A stretch of 64,000 nucleotides of DNA from Candidatus Methylomirabilales bacterium (GTDB lineage: Bacteria; Methylomirabilota; Methylomirabilia; Methylomirabilales; CSP1-5): positions 1 to 64,000 of the forward strand of contig JBHIAH010000002.1 in the NCBI GenBank assembly GCA_046758505.1, given 5' to 3'. The position numbers and the translations under genes are program-made. Shown piece by piece: positions 59,026 through 64,000 of the stretch (positions are counted from its first letter, which is position 1; the number at the start of each line of letters is the position of its first letter). The notes beneath the pieces are model-generated. The model made no database searches and was not told the DNA's origin. It saw only the letters and a program-made list of their open reading frames with translations.

Positions 59026-59919
59026 ATGCCACACACACGGTGGAGACGCATGGCTCTCGTGGCTAGTGCGGTGGGGCTAGCCGGCTTTTTCTATGGGACG
59101 GCGGCGGTCCAGGCGGGAGAAGCCACAGGGCAAAACACGGGGAGGATCTCGCTCAATGCCGGGGTGGATTTTCCCACAGCCTACTTCTTCCGCGGCATCC
59201 TGCAGGAGGACGAGGACTTCATCGCCCAACCATTCGGGGAAATCACGGTTAACCTGTATGAAGGGACGGGAGGACTGACCAGCGTCAGCGCGACGCTGGG
59301 CTTGTGGAATAGCCTGCACTCAGGCCCGACCGGCGGAGGCGGGCCGACCGACAACCCGAAGATATGGTACGAAGCCGATGCGTATGGGGGACTGACGTTC
59401 GGGCTGTTCGAAAACTGGGAAGCGGGAGTGACCTACATCGCCTACACCAGCCCCAACGATTCCTTTGACACGGTTCAAGAGGTGTACCTGAGCCTCGGCT
59501 ATGACGACAGCGACCTGTTGGGTCCCTTTGCGCTGTCTCCGCACGTCCTTGTCGCCTTCGAGTTCGATAATCAGGCGGATGGGGGGAGCGACGAGGGCAT
59601 TTATGTGGAGCTGGGTGTCGAACCAGGCCTCACCCTCATCAAAAGCGAGCAATTCCCGGTGACCCTCTCATTTCCGATCACCCTCGGCTTGAGCGCCGAT
59701 GACTATTACGAGTTCGGCACTGGCGACGATAGCACCTTCGGGTACTTTGACGGGGGTATCGTCCTGAGCATGCCGTTGGGGTTCATTCCCGCCGCCTTCG
59801 GCACCTGGGAGATCAATGCCGGGGTACACTTCCTCGCCCTCGGGGACAACCTCGAAACGGTGAACAGTGGCGACGCCTTTGAGGCCATCGGCACGTTCGG
59901 CATCAGCCTGGCCTACTGA
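59026..59919 (+). CDS. Outer-membrane beta-barrel protein (TorF/TIGR02001-like putative porin)
   Basis: Signal peptide, YFFRGI, YEADAY, acidic loops, C-terminal FGISLAY. Confidence 0.8.
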   Translation: MPHTRWRRMALVASAVGLAGFFYGTAAVQAGEATGQNTGRISLNAGVDFPTAYFFRGILQEDEDFIAQPFGEITVNLYEGTGGLTSVSATLGLWNSLHSGPTGGGGPTDNPKIWYEADAYGGLTFGLFENWEAGVTYIAYTSPNDSFDTVQEVYLSLGYDDSDLLGPFALSPHVLVAFEFDNQADGGSDEGIYVELGVEPGLTLIKSEQFPVTLSFPITLGLSADDYYEFGTGDDSTFGYFDGGIVLSMPLGFIPAAFGTWEINAGVHFLALGDNLETVNSGDAFEAIGTFGISLAY

Positions 59920-59928
59920 GGGATACAC

Positions 59929-60075
59929 GCTGGGAAGCTAGGAGGCTAGGATGCGAGGAGGCTGGAACGCAAAAAGGCGGGAAGGATTCAATGAAGAGAA
60001 GCTGCGACTTTGGAATGCTGAGAAGCTCTTTTGGATGTACGGCCTTCCAGCTTCCTAGCGTCCCAGCATCCTCGC
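59929..60075. repeat. Inverted octamer repeat array (GCTAGGAR / YTCCTAGC)
   Basis: GCTGGGAA-GCTAGGAG-GCTAGGAT ... CTTCCAGC-TTCCTAGC-GTCCCAGC. Confidence 0.7.
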
Positions 60076-60083
60076 AGGATCGG

Positions 60084-60161
60084 TGGCGGGGCCGACGGGA
60101 CTTGAACCCGCGATCTCCGGCTTGACAGGCCGGCGTGTTAACCAGGCTACACCACGGCCCC
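60084..60161 (-). tRNA. tRNA-Asp(GTC)
   Basis: GGGGCCG acceptor stem, anticodon loop CTGTCAA, GGTTCAAGTC T-loop, encoded CCA. Confidence 0.96.
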
Positions 60162-60186
60162 GCAACTCTCTATTATAGATGAATCC

Positions 60187-60249
60187 GAACCCGCGATCTT
60201 CCCGATTGCCCATCGGGACGGGGTCACCAGGCTACACCACGGCCCCGCA
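60187..60249 (-). pseudogene. Partial duplicate of tRNA-Asp with the anticodon arm replaced by a palindrome
   Basis: 5' acceptor/D arm and AGATCGCGGGTTC are identical to the tRNA; TCCCGAT-N5-ATCGGGA inserted; no 3' acceptor strand. Confidence 0.75.
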
Positions 60250-60292
60250 GAAGGGAACGACTGTAAATCTATAGCGCACCTGGCGAGGGAAG

Positions 60293-61525
60293 TCAACTAA
60301 AGGGAAGGATCTCCATCTCCGGCGATCCCCCCGTCAGCGCCGCCATCAGCGTCAGATAGTCCGTCAGGTGGCGGGTGATGAGGAAATTGCGCCGGACGTG
60401 TTCCTTGGCGTCCGCGCCCATCTTTCGAGCGACCTTCGGGTTGTTCAGGAGATACCGGATCCGGAATGCCGCTCCCTCCACCGAACTCACGGTGTAGCCG
60501 GTCAGATAGTAGAGGATCTGGACGGTGATGCCCCCGGCGTCACCCCCAATGACCGGCTTTCCCTTCCACATGGCCTCGGAGACCGTCAGGCCGAACCCCT
60601 CCTTGATCGACTTCTGAAGGATAATGCTGGCCGCCCGCTGCAGGGCGTTGATCTCGAGATTCGCATCCGGCGGGAGCTCCAGGATGTGGATGTCCGGGTC
60701 CTGGCCGGCGACCTCCGTCACCTCTTCCACGACCGCCCTCCCTTCCGGGTCATCGGCCGCCCGGCTTCCTGCCAGTACTAGACGACAATCATTGTGCTTC
60801 TTGACGATCCGGTAGGCCTGGATCACCCCCACGGGGTCTTTGAAGTGGTCAAAACGGGAGACCTGCACCAGGATCGGCTTATCCTGGGGAACGCCCAACG
60901 TATTCAGGATCTTGGTCACCTCCCGTCGGCTGAGCTCCCGGTTCTTGTCGCTCAACGGATCGATCGAGGGATAGACGAGAAACTGGGGGATGGAAAGCTT
61001 CTGGGCAAAGGTGGGCAGGGAGAAGATGGCCGCGTCGTACTTCACCACGTAGTTTCTCAGGAAGCGCCACACCCGGCGCGCCGGGTGAGAGATGTCCAGA
61101 TGACACCGCCAGACCCATTTCCCCACGCGCGGGCCATAGTCGATGAGGGCGGCCGGCTGGGGATCGTGGACCAAGATCATGTCGGCATCAAAAAGCAGCC
61201 GCTTGGCGTTCTCGCGATTACACTCGAGATACGCGCGGTACAACCGTTCGCTGATCTCCCGTTCCCGGCCCTGGAGGGCGTTGTGAAAAGCCTTGGTCAC
61301 CGCGAAGAATTCGTCGCTTCCCTGGATAACCTCCCACGTGGCCTTGACCCCAAGTTCGTTGAGCAGGGGGACGAGACGGTTCAGCATCTCGGCCACACCA
61401 CCGCCGAACCGGGTCGAGTTGATATTGAGGAGACTCCTCCCCTTCACCTTTTCGCTCAGGCGATAGAGAAGATCCACCGACCCCGGGGGGGCAACCTCCC
61501 GATAATCCTCAAGGCGAATCGACAC
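60293..61525 (-). CDS. treT: TreT-like trehalose-synthesising glycosyltransferase (GT4)
   Basis: INSTRFGGGVAE, HDPQP, WRCHLD, SRFDHFKDP, EGFGLTVSEAMWK. Confidence 0.88.
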   Translation of the reverse strand: MSIRLEDYREVAPPGSVDLLYRLSEKVKGRSLLNINSTRFGGGVAEMLNRLVPLLNELGVKATWEVIQGSDEFFAVTKAFHNALQGREREISERLYRAYLECNRENAKRLLFDADMILVHDPQPAALIDYGPRVGKWVWRCHLDISHPARRVWRFLRNYVVKYDAAIFSLPTFAQKLSIPQFLVYPSIDPLSDKNRELSRREVTKILNTLGVPQDKPILVQVSRFDHFKDPVGVIQAYRIVKKHNDCRLVLAGSRAADDPEGRAVVEEVTEVAGQDPDIHILELPPDANLEINALQRAASIILQKSIKEGFGLTVSEAMWKGKPVIGGDAGGITVQILYYLTGYTVSSVEGAAFRIRYLLNNPKVARKMGADAKEHVRRNFLITRHLTDYLTLMAALTGGSPEMEILPFS

Positions 61526-62195
61526 CGCTCTCCCCTCCCTCGATCAGGAACGTATCGCAAATCTCCACGAGACGGTCCCGGAGTTGTTCCAGGCTGAACA
61601 TGTATGGGTCAATGGTTCGGAGGCATTGGGCCAGCTCCACCATCTGCAATTCCCGCTCGATCCAGATGGGGAAATCTCCTTCCCGACCGTTCCGCCGGAT
61701 CCGCGCCGCGTAGAAGTGGTAGTAGATGGCACTGGCGTCCACCTTGGAGAGTCCGTCCCGAAATTCCTGAAGCGTCTGCGCGATGATCCCGGTGGGAATC
61801 TCTACAATGCGAGACTGCATGAAGTAAAAGGGCTTTCCATCTTCGACCCGGGGGACAAAACTTAATGTGGCAAGGTGATCTTCAATGACGGCGACGAGGG
61901 CGTCACGCAGATCGTCCAGCGTGTTGAAGTCGTACGGATCGATGACCCCCAGCCGTTCCCCCAGTACTCGATCGCGAACCTGCGTGGCCGCCCAGGTCGC
62001 AAAATCGTTGGGGTAGGGGGCTGCGAGGTACTGATGTCGGAGGAAGTACTGATGCGTATGATAGTAAATGGAGTCGATGGGCACCTCCTCCAAGAGATCC
62101 ATGAGCTGGAGCTCATCCTCCGCCTTTGTCCCCAGGATCTCCCGGAGCTCCGTGCACCCGACGAATTCAAAGGGGAACCCGACGATCTTATGCAT
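61509..62195 (-). CDS. DUF5752-like protein (TreT-associated)
   Basis: Two internal repeats of SIYYH...NDF..W; directly upstream of the TreT-like gene. Confidence 0.8.
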   Translation of the reverse strand: MHKIVGFPFEFVGCTELREILGTKAEDELQLMDLLEEVPIDSIYYHTHQYFLRHQYLAAPYPNDFATWAATQVRDRVLGERLGVIDPYDFNTLDDLRDALVAVIEDHLATLSFVPRVEDGKPFYFMQSRIVEIPTGIIAQTLQEFRDGLSKVDASAIYYHFYAARIRRNGREGDFPIWIERELQMVELAQCLRTIDPYMFSLEQLRDRLVEICDTFLIEGGESGVDSP

Positions 62196-62429
62196 GGGAG
62201 ACGCTCACGTTCGGTGTCCCTCCACTCCCCAAGGAATGCAACTGTCCACCAAGGTCAGATGGTACAGCAATACCTTCTACACCACTATCATTTGAAAGTC
62301 CACTGTCTCGGAATCCCGCAGCCATCAGGGGCACATCCTTCCTCCAGAGTGGAACGCGCGCTCGCCTCGGTCCCATCGTCCTCCGCTCGCCAGCCATGGC
62401 ACCTTTCGCCCACCACTCCTGCCGGCACC

Positions 62430-64000
62430 TTAGAGAGAGTCCTCAGAGTCCCGTTCCTTGCGGATCCGGCGCCGTACGCCGAACACATGAGCCGGAACGT
62501 TCTGCGGATTGAGCTCGACGTAATTGCGCGGGCCGTGCCAGAGGTAGCGGGCGTCGTTGATCAGATCATGCACTTGGTAGGGATGTTCGTGATCGAGCCC
62601 CAGCGCGTCGAGGTCAACCTCTACCCAGCCCGTATGCGTCTGATGGGGGCTCAGATTGACCACGACCAGGATCATGTTCGCCCGATCTTCCGTACTCTTG
62701 CTGTAACAGAGAAGCTGGTCGTTGTCCACGGAATGAAAACGCAGACCGCCATTGCTGTGCAGTGCAGGGTTTTCCCGACGAATCCGGTTCACCCGGGCGA
62801 TCAATTCGCGCAGGCTGTCCGGTCGGGAGATGTCCCAGTATTTGATTTCGTACTTTTCCGAGTTGAGATATTCTTCGCCCCCGGGCTCCCGGGGCCGGTT
62901 CTCGCAGAGTTCAAAGGCGGGACCGTAGATTCCGTAACTCGCCGCCAGGGTGGCCGCCAAGACCAGCCGCGTCATGAAGGCCGGCCGCCCTCCGGACTGC
63001 AGATACTCGGGCAAGATATCGGGTGTATTCGGCCACAGACTGGGCCGGAAATACTCTCGCACGTCTGTCTGGGTGAGCTCGGTGAAGTATTCGGAGAGTT
63101 CCCACTTGGTGTTGCGCCACGCGAAATACGTATACGACTGGGTGAAGCCAAGCTTGGCGAGTTCGTACATCACCTTCGGGCGGGTGAAAGCCTCGGCGAG
63201 AAAGATCACGTCGGGATGGTCCGCCTTGATCCCGTCGATCAGCCACTGCCAAAAGGCAAAGGGCTTGGTGTGGGGATTGTCCACCCGGAAGATCCGCACA
63301 CCCTCGTCGATCCAGAAGTAAAAGATGCTCCTGAGTTCCTCCCAAAATTCGCGCCACGCTTCGGTCTCAAATTCGAAGGGGTAGATGTCCTCGTACTTTT
63401 TGGGCGGGTTCTCCGCGTACTGGACGGTGCCATCGGGGCGCCACCGGAACCACTCCGGATGCTCCTTCACATAGGGATGATCGGGTGAACACTGGAAGGC
63501 GATGTCTAATGCGATCTCGAGACCGTAGTCGCGAGCCTTTGCAAGGAACCGTCGGAAATCCTCCCGAGTCCCGAGCTGGGGATGAATCGCCTTGTGCCCG
63601 CCCTCCTCGGCGCCGATGCCCCAGGGGCTCCCCGGATCATCGGGCTCGCAAATGGGAGAGTTATTCTTCCCCTTGCGGTGCGTGCGGCCGATGGGATGGA
63701 TGGGGGGGAAATAGAGCACGTCAAAGCCCATGTCTGCAATGTACGGCAACCGCTGCTCACAATCCCTGAAGGTCCCGTGGACGCCCGGCTTCGGACCACA
63801 AGAGCGGGGAAACATTTCGTACCAGGCACTGAACCGGGCCCGTTCCCGATCAACGACCACGACGAGCTCCTTGCCGTATCTGGTGGCCAGCCGCCTGTCG
63901 GGGTACAGCGCCATCAACTGGGCCAGATCCTCAGCCAGCGCCAGGCGGATCTTCTCGGATGGGTTCGACGGGAAGTCCGAACGCAGGGCCGTGGCTCTCT
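62430..64000 (-). CDS. glgE: Alpha-1,4-glucan:maltose-1-phosphate maltosyltransferase; 5' end lies outside the window
   Basis: WYEMFPRS, YAENPPKKYEDI, FRVDNPHTKP, FLAEAF, WPNTPDIL. Confidence 0.96.
   Translation of the reverse strand, partial: RATALRSDFPSNPSEKIRLALAEDLAQLMALYPDRRLATRYGKELVVVVDRERARFSAWYEMFPRSCGPKPGVHGTFRDCEQRLPYIADMGFDVLYFPPIHPIGRTHRKGKNNSPICEPDDPGSPWGIGAEEGGHKAIHPQLGTREDFRRFLAKARDYGLEIALDIAFQCSPDHPYVKEHPEWFRWRPDGTVQYAENPPKKYEDIYPFEFETEAWREFWEELRSIFYFWIDEGVRIFRVDNPHTKPFAFWQWLIDGIKADHPDVIFLAEAFTRPKVMYELAKLGFTQSYTYFAWRNTKWELSEYFTELTQTDVREYFRPSLWPNTPDILPEYLQSGGRPAFMTRLVLAATLAASYGIYGPAFELCENRPREPGGEEYLNSEKYEIKYWDISRPDSLRELIARVNRIRRENPALHSNGGLRFHSVDNDQLLCYSKSTEDRANMILVVVNLSPHQTHTGWVEVDLDALGLDHEHPYQVHDLINDARYLWHGPRNYVELNPQNVPAHVFGVRRRIRKERDSEDSL

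Noticed and set aside
60084..60249. tRNA duplication as a prophage or island att site
   Set aside because: No integrase or cargo between the copies, and the 3' acceptor end is not duplicated

Overview
GC-rich bacterial chromosomal window with no intact prophage, IS, CRISPR or rRNA. It contains carbohydrate/storage genes (PfkA-family phosphofructokinase, glgA, TreT-like glycosyltransferase, DUF5752-like protein, glgE), many signalling genes (four PilZ-containing proteins, an OmpR/CusRS-type pair before degP, a 4-GAF/2-PAS kinase with duplicated receivers), a branched-chain amino-acid-type ABC transporter, csp, tRNA-Asp and a probable 6S-like RNA. The four loci most worth following up are: (1) an uncharacterised three-gene operon (847-aa possible pore-former, HExxH metallopeptidase, His/Cys caspase-like protein) behind a structured leader with an internal terminator; (2) two adjacent genes whose UGA codons are each followed after exactly 10 nt by a SECIS-like hairpin (a UGSC selenoprotein and a partner with a hidden C-terminal Sec), in an operon with an ADP-ribosylglycohydrolase and a HAD hydrolase; (3) a sigma54-type amt operon in which Amt has an unknown C-terminal domain and is followed by a flotillin, an ANTAR pseudo-receiver and a porin-like gene gated by an ANTAR twin-hairpin/terminator leader; (4) a PC4-like/PilZ fusion. 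All family assignments come from motif recognition by eye. No database searches or folding programs were run.
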